This document shows positions 34,701 to 44,639 of a stretch of DNA of 64,000 bases, piece by piece. Origin of the DNA: Gemmatimonadota bacterium (lineage in GTDB: Bacteria; Gemmatimonadota; Gemmatimonadetes; Gemmatimonadales; GWC2-71-9); NCBI GenBank assembly GCA_003221005.1, contig QHTZ01000067.1, positions 38,116 through 102,115 on the forward strand, given 5' to 3'. The number at the start of each line of letters is the position of its first letter. Position 1 is the first letter of the stretch. The notes below the pieces were generated by a model. It ran no database searches. It saw nothing but the letters and a program-made list of their open reading frames with translations, and was not told where the DNA came from. The translations under genes were made by a program, and so were the position numbers.

Positions 34701-35861
34701 CTAGCGAGCCGCGAGCCCGGCGACTGAGCCGGGCATGTTCCCGACCACGCCCAACGTGGTGAGGTGGCCGTCAGACTCCACCCGCAGCGCCGTGATCGGG
34801 CCGCTGCCGCGCAGCTGGTACAGATAGCGTCCGTTCACGCTCAGCGCCAAATCGAGGTTGCCCGGGCCCACCGTAGCAGTGACGCCGCTCGCATCGAGCA
34901 GGCTGAGGGAGCCATCCGTGCCCACAGCGAACCCGGAGATCGTACCGCTGGCCGCGTTGGCCGAGTACGCGAAACGGCCGTTCTTGGTCACGCCCACCCA
35001 GCAGGGGGCGCCCTGGTGCGTGGCTACCGCGCCACTCACCAGTGTCACTCGGCCGCTCGAACCGAGGGTGTATGACGATGCACTGCCCGTGGCGGCTTCG
35101 GAGACGATCAGCTCGTTCCGCAACCCGAACGCGAACCCGAACGGCTTGATGCCGGCGCCGGCAGGCGCCTGGGGCGTGGGACCGCTCGCCACACCATCGG
35201 GGGTGACCGAGTACACGTCGATGCTATTCGTATTCTTCTCAGTCACGACCAGCCACCGGCCATCGGGGCCGAACGCTACCTGGGCGGGGTCCACCGCTGC
35301 GCCACCGAGCGGGCGCGTCGATCCCGGAATGGGCGCGAGCGCTCCGTCCGAGCCGACGGTGAACCCGCTGACGTTCCCGCTCCCACCGCCGTTGAGGACG
35401 TAAACGATGTTGTCATGAACCGTCAGGCTGATCGGCTTCGTTCCACCCGACAAATGGCGATCGGTGAGCGAAAGGCCCGCCGGGCTCACGCGGAACGCCG
35501 AGATGTCATTGCTGCCCGCGTTGACGGTGAACAACCAGCGCCCATCGTCGCTCAAAGCGAGCGCGCCCTGCGAGCCGAGGCTGCTCCCGGTCCCCGTGCC
35601 ACCGGTTGCGACCGTGCCCGCCGCGGTGAGCGTACCGGCGGCCGAGCGCTGGAAGATCGCAACGGCATTTCCCCCATTGGCCGCGACCTGGTTCATCAGC
35701 GTGTACACCGCGCCCGGAGTGTCCTCTGCATCTGCGGCGCTCGCGGCGCTGGCGCTGAGCTCACGCCGCAGCGGTGCGGCGGGGCCTGTAATCCCGCGAT
35801 CCCGCGAGCAGGCGGCGACACCGGCCACCGCCAGCGCAACGAGTGCGATTCTTTGTGCCAT
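34701..35861 (-). CDS. Lipoprotein, lactonase-type 7-bladed beta-propeller
   Basis: Lipobox VAAC. Repeats typical of the 6-phosphogluconolactonase-like fold (WLFTVNAGSNDISAFRV, IVYVLNGGGSGNVSGFTV, WLVVTEKNTNSIDVYSV, FAYSANAASGTISGFAV, YLYQLRGSGPITALRV). Confidence 0.75.
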   Translation of the reverse strand: MAQRIALVALAVAGVAACSRDRGITGPAAPLRRELSASAASAADAEDTPGAVYTLMNQVAANGGNAVAIFQRSAAGTLTAAGTVATGGTGTGSSLGSQGALALSDDGRWLFTVNAGSNDISAFRVSPAGLSLTDRHLSGGTKPISLTVHDNIVYVLNGGGSGNVSGFTVGSDGALAPIPGSTRPLGGAAVDPAQVAFGPDGRWLVVTEKNTNSIDVYSVTPDGVASGPTPQAPAGAGIKPFGFAFGLRNELIVSEAATGSASSYTLGSSGRVTLVSGAVATHQGAPCWVGVTKNGRFAYSANAASGTISGFAVGTDGSLSLLDASGVTATVGPGNLDLALSVNGRYLYQLRGSGPITALRVESDGHLTTLGVVGNMPGSVAGLAAR

Positions 35862-35990
35862 GGATCGAACCTCCCGAGAGAGTGTGATGCGTGCCTGCTA
35901 CGGTGCCGGAAGGTTCACTCGCGCGCCGCGTAGCGGAGCTACCCGGCGAGCGATATGAGAGGCTTCTCATGGTGTTCTCATCCACGTCGG

Positions 35991-36028
35991 AAAACGCAAC
36001 GAGGCGCGGCTTCACTCCGCCGCGCCTC
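35991..36028 (-). terminator. Rho-independent terminator after the small secreted-protein gene
   Basis: 10-bp perfect stem GAGGCGCGGC-ttcactcc-GCCGCGCCTC, followed on the minus strand by GTTGCGTTTTCC. Confidence 0.6.
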
Positions 36029-36059
36029 GGTCTCTCGGGCGCACCGACTGCTGGGCGCG

Positions 36060-36365
36060 TTAAGGCCGATGAATGTTCGACTGACCCAGATTTGCCGGCT
36101 TCCTCGAAGGTGAAGCGGGCACGGCGGGCGTTGCCGGCGTTGCTGGGCTAGCCGGAGCAGCCACGCCACCTACGCTCAGGGATGCAGGCGTGGCGCGCGT
36201 CGCCGGCACGGCCGCGGTCGCCGGCGTCACCGCCCGATTATCAAGCCCCACGACCTCACCCCGAAAGTGCGTCGCGCGGTGCGCGGCGACCTTCGAAACA
36301 TCCTGTGCTGCGAGCAGCGACGGAACGACCAGGCTCGCGGCGAGCAACACGACCTTGCGAAGCAT
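36060..36365 (-). CDS. Small secreted Ala/Pro/Thr-rich protein
   Basis: GGAGG lies 7 nt upstream of the ATG. Signal peptide MLRKVVLLAASLVVPSLLAAQ. Low-complexity PATPATPAVPASP tail. Confidence 0.55.
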   Translation of the reverse strand: MLRKVVLLAASLVVPSLLAAQDVSKVAAHRATHFRGEVVGLDNRAVTPATAAVPATRATPASLSVGGVAAPASPATPATPAVPASPSRKPANLGQSNIHRP

Positions 36366-36514
36366 GCGCTACCTCCAGCTTGGGGTGCTGCAACGGCCCC
36401 AGACGGGGGCCGCCCTGAAGACTCCCTGCAGGGCCGCCGAGTAACGCGGCGGCCCCACAAGTGGTTATTCTGACAGGAGATAGGCGCGAAAGCGCGCACG
36501 GCTTCAGCCCGCCC

Positions 36515-37756
36515 TCAGAGCTTGCCGAGGAACTTGAGCAACACCCCACGCTCCCCATCCGACAGCGCCAGGAAGCGGTCACGCGCGGCTGTGGCTTCTC
36601 CGGCGTGCAGCCTGATCGCCTCGTCGATCGTCGCCGCGCGGCCATCGTGCAGGAACGCAGTCACGAAGCGCAGTCCCATCAGTGGCTCGGTCCGGAACTC
36701 AGCAGGCTCCGCCTCGCCGAGACAGATGTCGGCGAGGTCCGGGCCCATGTCGTGTAGCAGCAGATCCGTGAACCCCGGCACGATCTTGTTGTTGAACGCT
36801 TGCACGGGATTGGGACCCGTCGTGAGCGCCGGAATGTGACATTCCGCGCACCCGATCCGCGAAAAGATTTTCCGGCCCGGCAACTGGCCGATCGCAAACG
36901 CCAGGGGCGTCGGAGCGTCGAGGAACCGCACGAACGCATCCGCGGCGTCGAGATCGTCTTGACTCAGCTCCGGATCGCGTGCCGGATCGACACCCGCGGG
37001 AAGCGGCTTCCCAGCGACCGTCAGCTCCGTGGGGAACGACGGGCTGGTGATCCCCATCTCCTGGATGAACGCCCCGGCCGTGAACTCGCTCAGCGTCGGG
37101 CTCTGCGCCTTGCGGCCGAAGCGACCCAGCCGCCCGTCGGGCGTCCGGTTGGGGCGCCCGGAGACGCCGTCGTGGCCACGAGCCTGGGCGTCCGCAAACC
37201 CCTGAATCTCGGCTTCGGGCACCGCGTCCAGCAGCCCGAACCCCAGGATGGAGGGCGAGGTGCGATGCGCCGTCGCCGTGAATCCCTCGGGCAGCGGCTC
37301 GGCGTCGATCCCCAGGGCGTCGTGCAGCGCCTGCGTCACGTGCTGCTGGACGACCGGCCCGCCCACGTCGCTCAAGTCGCTGCACGCCGGTTGGCCGCTC
37401 GGGTGGTAGGCCGTCGCGTGGACCTCCACTTCGTCGCCAGTGGCACCGACGACGGGATCTTCGTGGCATTCGGCGCAGCCGGTGGAGTTGAAGAGCGGCC
37501 CCAGCCCGGTCTCAGGAGTGAAGTCGGTCGTGAACACCACGCGGCCCCGCTTGAACTGCGCCTGCTGATGGGCGGTGAGGAACGACACCGGACGACCCAG
37601 GCTCGCCACACTCATTGCAGTAGCTCGGTCCGACAGGAACGAAGGCGCGTTGGGCGGTACCGCGTCGCAGGCTGCGACGGCGGCGAGCAGTACTGCGAAC
37701 GGAATGCGGGCGCGGCTGTGGTTGGACACGGCGTCCTCCCGGTTAGTAGCAGCCAT
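36515..37756 (-). CDS. Di-heme cytochrome c family protein (DUF1111, putative peroxidase / thiol oxidoreductase)
   Basis: Two CxxCH motifs (STGCAECHEDP and RIGCAECHIP) plus an N-terminal signal/lipobox. Confidence 0.8.
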   Translation of the reverse strand: MAATNREDAVSNHSRARIPFAVLLAAVAACDAVPPNAPSFLSDRATAMSVASLGRPVSFLTAHQQAQFKRGRVVFTTDFTPETGLGPLFNSTGCAECHEDPVVGATGDEVEVHATAYHPSGQPACSDLSDVGGPVVQQHVTQALHDALGIDAEPLPEGFTATAHRTSPSILGFGLLDAVPEAEIQGFADAQARGHDGVSGRPNRTPDGRLGRFGRKAQSPTLSEFTAGAFIQEMGITSPSFPTELTVAGKPLPAGVDPARDPELSQDDLDAADAFVRFLDAPTPLAFAIGQLPGRKIFSRIGCAECHIPALTTGPNPVQAFNNKIVPGFTDLLLHDMGPDLADICLGEAEPAEFRTEPLMGLRFVTAFLHDGRAATIDEAIRLHAGEATAARDRFLALSDGERGVLLKFLGKL

Positions 37757-37976
37757 GCACCACGATGTCGCGGTCTCGAATCGGGCGGGAAACGGACCCT
37801 AGGGCGGCGAGCGTGGGTCACGTGTGTTGGCCCATATCGCCGAGCACTTCAGGGGCGCGTCTCGTCTTCGGGAAGCACGATGGCGCCGGGGGCGGGCCGC
37901 AGGCCGTGACGGGGGCCACGTTGCCGCGGGCCGCGCGCCGGCGGCGGTCACAGGAAGGTGGGGCGCGTGCCTGTTG

Positions 37977-38378
37977 TTACCGGGAGGGTCGGCCGTCGCG
38001 GGCTCTGACCGCAGCGAGACGGGCCGGATCGGCCGCGTCGAGCGTGCCGATGTTCACGTGTGCCCAGATGACGCGGGAATAGCGGAACAGCAGGGGCACG
38101 CACGCAACGTGGACGACCACAGCGACGGCGATGGCGCCGACCAGGCCCAGGCGGGGCGCCAGCACGAACATCGCTACGAGCGCAAGCACGAACGCCTCGG
38201 CGATGCCAAGCGCGTAGCTCACGTACATCGCGCCTTGAAAAAAACCGGTCTCCCGCTCAAAGCGGTGCCCGCAGACGGGACACGCCGCGTTCATCGCGAA
38301 GACACCACGGAACATCCTGCCCTGGAGACACACCGGGCAACGTTGCCGCAGAACGGCTCGCAGACGCGCCGTGGTCAT
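37977..38378 (-). CDS. DUF983-type zinc-ribbon membrane protein
   Basis: MTTARLRAVLRQRCPVCLQGRMF...ACPVCGHRFE followed by two TM helices. Start trimmed to the ATG at 38378. Confidence 0.7.
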   Translation of the reverse strand: MTTARLRAVLRQRCPVCLQGRMFRGVFAMNAACPVCGHRFERETGFFQGAMYVSYALGIAEAFVLALVAMFVLAPRLGLVGAIAVAVVVHVACVPLLFRYSRVIWAHVNIGTLDAADPARLAAVRARDGRPSR

Positions 38379-38382
38379 CGGC

Positions 38383-38679
38383 TCAGGGAGTGTGCAGCAG
38401 GAGGTCCTGATACTCCGGGTGTCGACGGAGGTAGGCCGCGACGAAGGGACAGCGGGGCACGACCCTGAGGTGCTCTGCGCGCGCATACTCGAGCGCGGTG
38501 TGCGCCAGCTTGTCGGCGATGCCCCGGCCCCGCAGGGCGGCAGGCACTTCGGTGTGAACCAAGACGATCCTATCAGGGAAGCGCTCATACTGCAGCTCAG
38601 CCGTCTGCCCATCCACCCGCGCCACGAACCGGTTGGCCGCGGCGTCGTTCTCTACCGCGATATCGACGAGACCCGTCAC
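38383..38679 (-). CDS. Small GNAT-fold N-acetyltransferase (YjdJ-like)
   Basis: NRFVARVDGQTAELQYERFPDRIVLVHTEVPAALRGRGIADKL...VVPRCPFVAAYLRRHPEY. The GTG at 38677-38679 overlaps the dedA stop (GTGA). Confidence 0.75.
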   Translation of the reverse strand: MTGLVDIAVENDAAANRFVARVDGQTAELQYERFPDRIVLVHTEVPAALRGRGIADKLAHTALEYARAEHLRVVPRCPFVAAYLRRHPEYQDLLLHTP

Positions 38680-39365
38680 GTCGACCCTTGGAACGTGGAG
38701 GGGGTGTCCAACGCCTGGGGCCTGCGCACGGCGCCGTCCTTGCGATCGCCACAGGCGCTCTCGAACCGCGCCACCGCCGCGCGACGGAGCCAGGCCCACC
38801 ACGCCACGAGCCCGGCCATGGCGAGCACGATCACCACCGCCGCGAGACTGACGCGTGTCAGAGCTTGCTCGAGCTGCGGCAGATTATGACCGAACAGATA
38901 GCCGAGGGTGCCCGTGAGGACAGCCCAGCAGACAGCGCCGAGGGCGTTGTAGAGCATGAAGGTGCCGTAAGGCATGGAGGTCGTTCCCGCGAGCACGGCC
39001 GCCCAGGTGCGCAGCAGCGCGATGAAGCGGCCGAAGAAGACCGCCTTGGGTCCGTACCGCTCGAAAAAGCGGTGCCCGCGCTCGAGGTACGATTCGTTGA
39101 GATGGATGACGCGGCCATACCGGCGGACCAACGCGACGCCGCCGGTGCGCCCGATCCAGTAGCCGGCGTTGTCCCCCAGCACCGCCGCGGCCACGGCTAC
39201 CGCGACCACCGCCGTTATGGAGAAATGCCCGAGCGCGGCCCACGCCGCGGCTGCGAGCAGAGCCGTCTCGCCCGGCACCGGGACGCCCAGGCTCTCGAGC
39301 CCCACCAGGACGAAGAGCAGCGGGTAGCCCCAGCTATCGACGAGATCCTTGACGGCGTTGTCCAT
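38676..39365 (-). CDS. DedA-family membrane protein
   Basis: YPLLFVLVGLESLGVPVPGETALLAAA and FGRFIALLRTWAAVLAG. Confidence 0.85.
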   Translation of the reverse strand: MDNAVKDLVDSWGYPLLFVLVGLESLGVPVPGETALLAAAAWAALGHFSITAVVAVAVAAAVLGDNAGYWIGRTGGVALVRRYGRVIHLNESYLERGHRFFERYGPKAVFFGRFIALLRTWAAVLAGTTSMPYGTFMLYNALGAVCWAVLTGTLGYLFGHNLPQLEQALTRVSLAAVVIVLAMAGLVAWWAWLRRAAVARFESACGDRKDGAVRRPQALDTPSTFQGST

Positions 39366-39367
39366 GG

Positions 39368-39739
39368 CTACGCCGCGCCGTCCGGGCGCCGCGGATGACT
39401 CCGCAGACGGTGCGTCGCCTGGTCCACCCGGGCGATGTAGGCACGGATCGCTTCGCTGCGCTCGCGCCGCGGCAGCACGAAGTGCGGGTCATCGGGATCC
39501 CGGCTCTTCAGGTCGTCCACCATCAGGTCCCCGCCGTGGGACTCGACCGCCGCCTCGAAGCGCTCCACCGCGTCCAGCAGGCTCGCGAGGTCACCCGGAT
39601 CCTCGGCACCCGTGACGGTGACCCCGCGGTCCCGCAACCGGGCCGCCACTTCCGCGACCGCCGCATCGCGCTCCTCCTTGCGGTGCGGATCGAGCGCGCC
39701 CTCCAGCTCCTCGTAATCATCCCGTGATTCCGGTACCAT
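39368..39739 (-). CDS. Hypothetical acidic cytoplasmic protein
   Basis: A 123-aa ORF with coding-like composition, ending 2 nt before the dedA start. I recognised no family. Confidence 0.5.
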   Translation of the reverse strand: MVPESRDDYEELEGALDPHRKEERDAAVAEVAARLRDRGVTVTGAEDPGDLASLLDAVERFEAAVESHGGDLMVDDLKSRDPDDPHFVLPRRERSEAIRAYIARVDQATHRLRSHPRRPDGAA

Positions 39740-39788
39740 GACTACCTCCCGTGGTCAAGCGCCGCGGCCGCGCTGCTTGTTCCCCAGT

Positions 39789-41069
39789 CTAGCGCAGCAG
39801 CACCGAGACTGTGTGGATCAGCAGGCCGACCAGCCCCCCTACCAGCGTGCCGTTGATGCGGATGAACTGCAGGTCGCTCCCCACCGCGAGCTCGAGCCGC
39901 CGCACCGCGACCTGGGGATCCCAGGCGCTCACCGTGCGGGCGATCAGCTCGGCGATCTCGTGCCGGTGCTGCTCTACGGCGGACGCCACGATCCCCGTGA
40001 GAAAGTCGTCGAGATCGTTGAGCAGCGCCTCGTTGCCGAGCAGGGACTCCCCCGCCGCGGCGATCCCACGCTCGAGGGCTTCCTGAGAGGCGTCGTCGGG
40101 GTGCGTACGGTAGCGCACCGCGGCGCGCCGCACGGCATCCCAGAGCGAGGCCGCCAGCTCGTCCACCAGCGGGTGCGCCAGCACTTGCTCCTTCAAGGCC
40201 TCCGCCTTCGCCATCACATCCGGCGCATGCTGCAGCTTGTCGATGAACTGCTCCAGCGCCGCGTCGAACTTGCGCCGCACCGGATGACGCGGGTCGGCCC
40301 GCACGTCGAGCAGCAGCTCCTCGAGCGCGATGATGATCTTCTGGTAGATCACGTCGTCGATCACTCCGGGAACCCACCAGGGGCTGCCCTCGCGGATCTT
40401 GAGCCGAATGGCCTCCCGGTTGTCGTCGAGCGCCTGGGCGGCGAGGTTGAGCAGCGCGTTCAGGAGCTCGTGGTGGCGGTTGTCGCTCGTCACGAGCGCG
40501 AGGACGCCGCCAAGCACGGGCGCCACCCGCGTGGCCTGGAGACGGGCCACCGCGCTGTCGTGGATGAGCTCGCGGAACTCGGCCTCCGGGAGCGCCTCGA
40601 TCGTCTTCGCGACACCCGTCACCAGCTGCCTCGCCACGCGGCCGCTGTTCTCGGGGCGCGCCACCCAGCGCGCCGCCCGCTCGGACGGGCGCAGCACACG
40701 GACTTCGGCCGCGACGACCTCCCGCGAGAGGAAATGCTTCTGCACAAAGTTCCCGAGGATGCGGCCGATCCGGTCTTTCTGCGTCGCGACGATCGCCGTG
40801 TGGGGGATCGGGAGACCGAGGGGGCGCCGGAACAGTGCGGTGACGGCGAACCAGTCGGCGAGCCCGCCCACGAGCGAGGCCTCGGCCGTAGCCCGTACGA
40901 ATCCCAGCCAGGGATGAGTGCTCTCCAAGAAGCGGGCGACGGCGAACACGACCGCGGCGAGAACCAGGAGCCCCGTCGCCCGCCGTCGCATGGTGTCGAG
41001 CCGGGCCTGCCGCGCCGCGTCATCCGGGGCGGGCGGGGGGGACGGAGGGGGCGATGGCGACGCCGTCAT
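39789..41069 (-). CDS. DUF445-family membrane protein
   Basis: GGLADWFAVTALFRRPLGLPIPHTAIV and C-terminal IRINGTLVGGLVG. The ATG at 41067-41069 overlaps the uppP stop (ATGA). Confidence 0.75.
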   Translation of the reverse strand: MTASPSPPPSPPPAPDDAARQARLDTMRRRATGLLVLAAVVFAVARFLESTHPWLGFVRATAEASLVGGLADWFAVTALFRRPLGLPIPHTAIVATQKDRIGRILGNFVQKHFLSREVVAAEVRVLRPSERAARWVARPENSGRVARQLVTGVAKTIEALPEAEFRELIHDSAVARLQATRVAPVLGGVLALVTSDNRHHELLNALLNLAAQALDDNREAIRLKIREGSPWWVPGVIDDVIYQKIIIALEELLLDVRADPRHPVRRKFDAALEQFIDKLQHAPDVMAKAEALKEQVLAHPLVDELAASLWDAVRRAAVRYRTHPDDASQEALERGIAAAGESLLGNEALLNDLDDFLTGIVASAVEQHRHEIAELIARTVSAWDPQVAVRRLELAVGSDLQFIRINGTLVGGLVGLLIHTVSVLLR

Positions 41070-41926
41070 CGCACGAGCAGCACCAGGCTCGCCGAACCGG
41101 CCAGGGCACAGTAGACGGCGAACGGCACGAGCGTCTTCGTACGGAAGTATCGCGTCAGAAACTTCACGGACGCGTAGGCGGCGATCGCGGCGGCCACCGC
41201 GCCAAGCAGGGCGACGCTGATGGCTCCGCTCCCGCCCGAGAGCAACAACCTCGGAAGCTTCAGCGCGGCCGCCGCCCCGATGATCGGGGTCGCGAGCAGA
41301 AACGAGTAGCGCAGCGAGTCTTCGTGGGACAGACCGACCAGCAATCCCCCCGCGAGCGTCGATCCGGTCCGCGAGAATCCGGGGATCAAGGCGATGATCT
41401 GCAGCAGGCCTACCCTGATCGCGTGCGGCCACGTGAGCTCCGTGGCGATGCGCCGATCGGGGTCGAGAAGGTGGTCCGCCCGCTTCGCCTTCCGACGCAG
41501 CCGCTCGGCGCCGAACAGCAGGACGCCGTTCATGATCAGGAAGAACGCGGCGGAGCGCGGCGAGACGAAAAGACCTCTCACCTGCTTCTCGAACAGCAGC
41601 CCGACGATTCCGGCGGGGACGGTTCCCGCGACCAGTAGCCAGCCGAGCCTTGCGTCGAGATCACCCGGCCCGAGCGCACGGTCCCGCAGCGAGCGCCCCA
41701 GACCCGCCAGGATGCGCTTCCAGTCACTCCAGTACAGCACGAACAGCACGAGCGCGGTCGCGAAATGCGTGGCGACGAGGAACGTGAGGAATGCACCGGC
41801 ATCCTGATCCACACGCCACCGGAGCAGCCCCGGAAGCACCACGCTATGGCCGAGGCTCGATACGGGAAACAGCTCGGTCACCCCTTGGAGGAACCCGAGG
41901 GCAATCGCCTGGGAGACGGAGATCAT
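41066..41926 (-). CDS. uppP: Undecaprenyl-diphosphate phosphatase
   Basis: GFLQGVTELFPVSSLGHS and PGFSRTGSTL, the BacA/UppP signatures. Confidence 0.9.
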   Translation of the reverse strand: MISVSQAIALGFLQGVTELFPVSSLGHSVVLPGLLRWRVDQDAGAFLTFLVATHFATALVLFVLYWSDWKRILAGLGRSLRDRALGPGDLDARLGWLLVAGTVPAGIVGLLFEKQVRGLFVSPRSAAFFLIMNGVLLFGAERLRRKAKRADHLLDPDRRIATELTWPHAIRVGLLQIIALIPGFSRTGSTLAGGLLVGLSHEDSLRYSFLLATPIIGAAAALKLPRLLLSGGSGAISVALLGAVAAAIAAYASVKFLTRYFRTKTLVPFAVYCALAGSASLVLLVR

Positions 41927-41946
41927 GCCGCTAAACTTACGGTAGG

Positions 41947-42285
41947 ATGACCGGCGTGATTGTGGTGCTGGCCAGCGTCGCCGCCTTCCTCGCGGCGGCG
42001 AAGTCGCATGGCCGTCAGGTCAGGGTCGAGCGGGAGCTCGCCGGCTACTGGGAGTGGACGATCTGGCTCCCGGCCGTGGTGTGGGCGCCCATCGTCGCGT
42101 TCGTCGCGTTCGTCGCGCTCGGCGTGGCGAGCCTGCGGCGTTTCGGCGCGGCGCTGCGCCGCGGCACTCCCCCGGGGCGAGCCACCGACGCCGCCTGGCT
42201 CCGTCGCGCCCTCGCGGGGAGCGCGGCGTGGTGGCTCGTCACCTTCGGGCTGATCGCTGCTGCGGGCTGGGCCGCCTGGCCTTAG
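41947..42285 (+). CDS. Small membrane protein (hypothetical)
   Basis: 112 aa with 3 predicted TM helices, divergent from uppP. Confidence 0.45.
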   Translation: MTGVIVVLASVAAFLAAAKSHGRQVRVERELAGYWEWTIWLPAVVWAPIVAFVAFVALGVASLRRFGAALRRGTPPGRATDAAWLRRALAGSAAWWLVTFGLIAAAGWAAWP

Positions 42286-42878
42286 GGCTTCGGGCCCAGC
42301 GCCCTGACCTGCCCCCGGATCTCGCCGCCGGGGAAGTCTCCGGGACCGGTGTTCGTCCCGTCCACACCGTCGTTCGTGTGCACGTTCGCATACGCCGAGT
42401 CATGGCGAATCAACCTGAGTAGATCGCTCAGCGGATGCCCGGCGAGTGGCCCGATGAGATTGCCGGCGGTGATGATGCCAGACGCCAGCACGCCGTCCGT
42501 CCGGCCGCCTCCTGCGGGCACCAGCCCGTAGAGGAAGACGACGATGGGACCGTTGATGCCTGCCGGCGCGATGTGAATGTGAGACTGGACCACGTTGTAG
42601 ATGTTGCTCGAGATGATCTTGTACTCGAGCGTGTCGCCGGCGGCGTTCAGCTGCAGCTTGAGCTCGCCCTGTCCGCGCGTATCACGCGCCGGAACCTCAT
42701 CGTCGCCGCTAAGGTGCGCGTCGAAATTCTGCGCTGGGGGAGCGACCACGCTCGCGGACGGGACGGCTAGCGCCGTCGACCCGCGCAGCTCGGTGGGCAC
42801 GGCGCGATCCGCAGGATTGCAGGTCGCGAGCAAGGTCACAAGGAGAAGCAGGACGCCTGTGGTGGCGAGGGGACGCAC
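42282..42878 (-). CDS. CHRD-domain lipoprotein
   Basis: Lipobox LLATC. SHIHIAPAGINGPIVVFL and AYANVHTNDG...GEIRGQV are typical of CHRD. Confidence 0.75.
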   Translation of the reverse strand: MRPLATTGVLLLLVTLLATCNPADRAVPTELRGSTALAVPSASVVAPPAQNFDAHLSGDDEVPARDTRGQGELKLQLNAAGDTLEYKIISSNIYNVVQSHIHIAPAGINGPIVVFLYGLVPAGGGRTDGVLASGIITAGNLIGPLAGHPLSDLLRLIRHDSAYANVHTNDGVDGTNTGPGDFPGGEIRGQVRALGPKP

Positions 42879-42955
42879 AGGACCTCCAGCGAAGGGACGA
42901 GCGTCAACCTACCCCGCGGCAGGCGCGGCGCAAGCAGAGCTTCGAGCCGCTCGAC

Positions 42956-43942
42956 CTAGCGGTTGCGCGCGGGCCCGCGCGCGAACCCAGTGGCGCCCGT
43001 GACCGCCGTCGCCCCGACGGCGATCAGAGCCCCCTCGCGTGACAGCGACTGCACGCCGAGCACCGTCGTGATCGGCGGGTTCGCGCCGAAGTAGGCCGCC
43101 CCGGCGTCGCGGATCGCGGCGAGCTGGCTCGGTTTGTAGTCAGCGACGTAGATCGTGAGCGCGACGACGTCCGGCGGGGAGGCACCAGTCGCGCGCAGCA
43201 CTGCCCCGAGATTGGCAAACGCCCGCAGGGCCTGGGCAGCCAAATTCCCCGCACCCACGAGTGCGCCCGCGCTGTCGAGCGGTAGCTGGCTCGAGACGTA
43301 CACCGTGCGGCCGACGCGGACCGCCTGCGATCCCAGGTCCGGACGAGGCGTGCCGGGCGGGCTAGCGAGGAACGCCTTCTGTTCGGGGAGGGGCGCCATG
43401 CGCTCGCCGCCGAACGCCGCCTGCCGCCAGCGCAGCGCGTCCTCCCGCGCCTTCTCCTCGGCGGCGCGTTCCTGGTCCTCTTTCCAGCGGCGATAGCTCT
43501 TCGACTGATCGCCCGTCAGCAGGTGACGCAGCTGAACTTCGAATTTGTCCTGACGGTCTTTGAGGTACCTGCCGAGCTCCTGCAGGCGCTCGGCGTAGAA
43601 CAACGCAGCGGCGCGGTCACCCGAGTCGAGGCGGTCGTTCATCTTTTCGGTCACCGCGCGGGCGCTGTCGCGCTGGGGCCGGGTGGCGACCATGAAGGAA
43701 TCGTACGCCTGCCCGTACCGGGCGGCCTGCTGGTCGCTGAAATCGAGGAGCGTGCGTGCCATCGCCGAATCGGGCGGGCCGTCGAGCTCCGCCCCAGGGA
43801 GTCTCGGGGCCGCTGCCTCCCGACCGAATCCTCCGCCACCCATCCCCTGTCCGCGACCGCCGAAACCACCCCACTGCCCCCGGGCCTCGCGGGAGCTCAC
43901 CGCAAACACCAGCAGAGCCGCCGTCACGAGCGTGCGTCGCAT
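42956..43942 (-). CDS. Secreted fusion: Spy/CpxP-like helical domain + RidA (YjgF/L-PSP) domain
   Basis: Signal peptide MRRTLVTAALLVFAVSS and a Gly-rich linker. A helical region with LTGDQSKSY. The C-terminus RVGRTVYVSSQLPLD...NLGAVLRATGASPPDVVALTIYV...PPITTVLGVQSLSREGALIAV is RidA-like. Confidence 0.65.
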   Translation of the reverse strand: MRRTLVTAALLVFAVSSREARGQWGGFGGRGQGMGGGGFGREAAAPRLPGAELDGPPDSAMARTLLDFSDQQAARYGQAYDSFMVATRPQRDSARAVTEKMNDRLDSGDRAAALFYAERLQELGRYLKDRQDKFEVQLRHLLTGDQSKSYRRWKEDQERAAEEKAREDALRWRQAAFGGERMAPLPEQKAFLASPPGTPRPDLGSQAVRVGRTVYVSSQLPLDSAGALVGAGNLAAQALRAFANLGAVLRATGASPPDVVALTIYVADYKPSQLAAIRDAGAAYFGANPPITTVLGVQSLSREGALIAVGATAVTGATGFARGPARNR

Positions 43943-43989
43943 GGGCGTCTTCTCCTCGCAGGAAGATCTTGGTGCTACCCCCGCCGCTG

Positions 43990-44520
43990 TCAGCCGCTCC
44001 GGAACCGCGGCCGATGCCGACCCCACCATGGGCCGTCGCGCCAGGGACCCCCCTCACCAGGCCCAGCCCCACGCCCCCGCCCCATACGCGCGAAGTGCTG
44101 GCGCATCAGCGAGAGTCGCGCGCGTTGCAGCGGGGACAGATAGCCCGCCATCTCCCGGTTCTGATCCCGCCGCAACTGGGCCAGGGCAGCCTCGTTCTGT
44201 TCTTGCGCGTCCAACAGCTTCCGCAGGCTGTCCGCGTTCGCCGCGACACCCGGCTGCAGCTGACCCCGGAGAGCCCCCCCGAGCTGGTGCTGCCGTTCCA
44301 TAATGGCGCGGCGCTGGTCACCGAAGCGCTGCTGGGTGGCCTTGAGCTTGGCCGCCTGGTCGTCGGTGAGGCGGAGCGCCTCGCGCAGCCGGGCTTCGCG
44401 CTGGCGTTGGAACTCTTCGCGGTGCTGGCGCATCCGGCCAGCGCGCCCTGTGTCGGCGGGATTTTGCGCCGGGAGTACCGGAGCCGCCGCGAAGAACAAG
44501 AGCAACGCGATCCGTTTCAT
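43990..44520 (-). CDS. Periplasmic Spy/CpxP-family (LTxxQ) protein
   Basis: Signal peptide MKRIALLLFFAAAPVLPA. LTDDQAAKL and LSPLQRARL motifs. Gly/Arg-rich tail. Confidence 0.7.
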   Translation of the reverse strand: MKRIALLLFFAAAPVLPAQNPADTGRAGRMRQHREEFQRQREARLREALRLTDDQAAKLKATQQRFGDQRRAIMERQHQLGGALRGQLQPGVAANADSLRKLLDAQEQNEAALAQLRRDQNREMAGYLSPLQRARLSLMRQHFARMGRGRGAGPGEGGPWRDGPWWGRHRPRFRSG

Positions 44521-44639
44521 CTTCCCTCCAGAAGTGACGTGATAGGCGGCACACTCACACTTAAGGATAGAGTACGGAGACCTCCAAAGCGTCGCTGAAC
44601 GCGTGATAAGTTGGAGGCCATCCCCCTCCAGGAGCGCCC

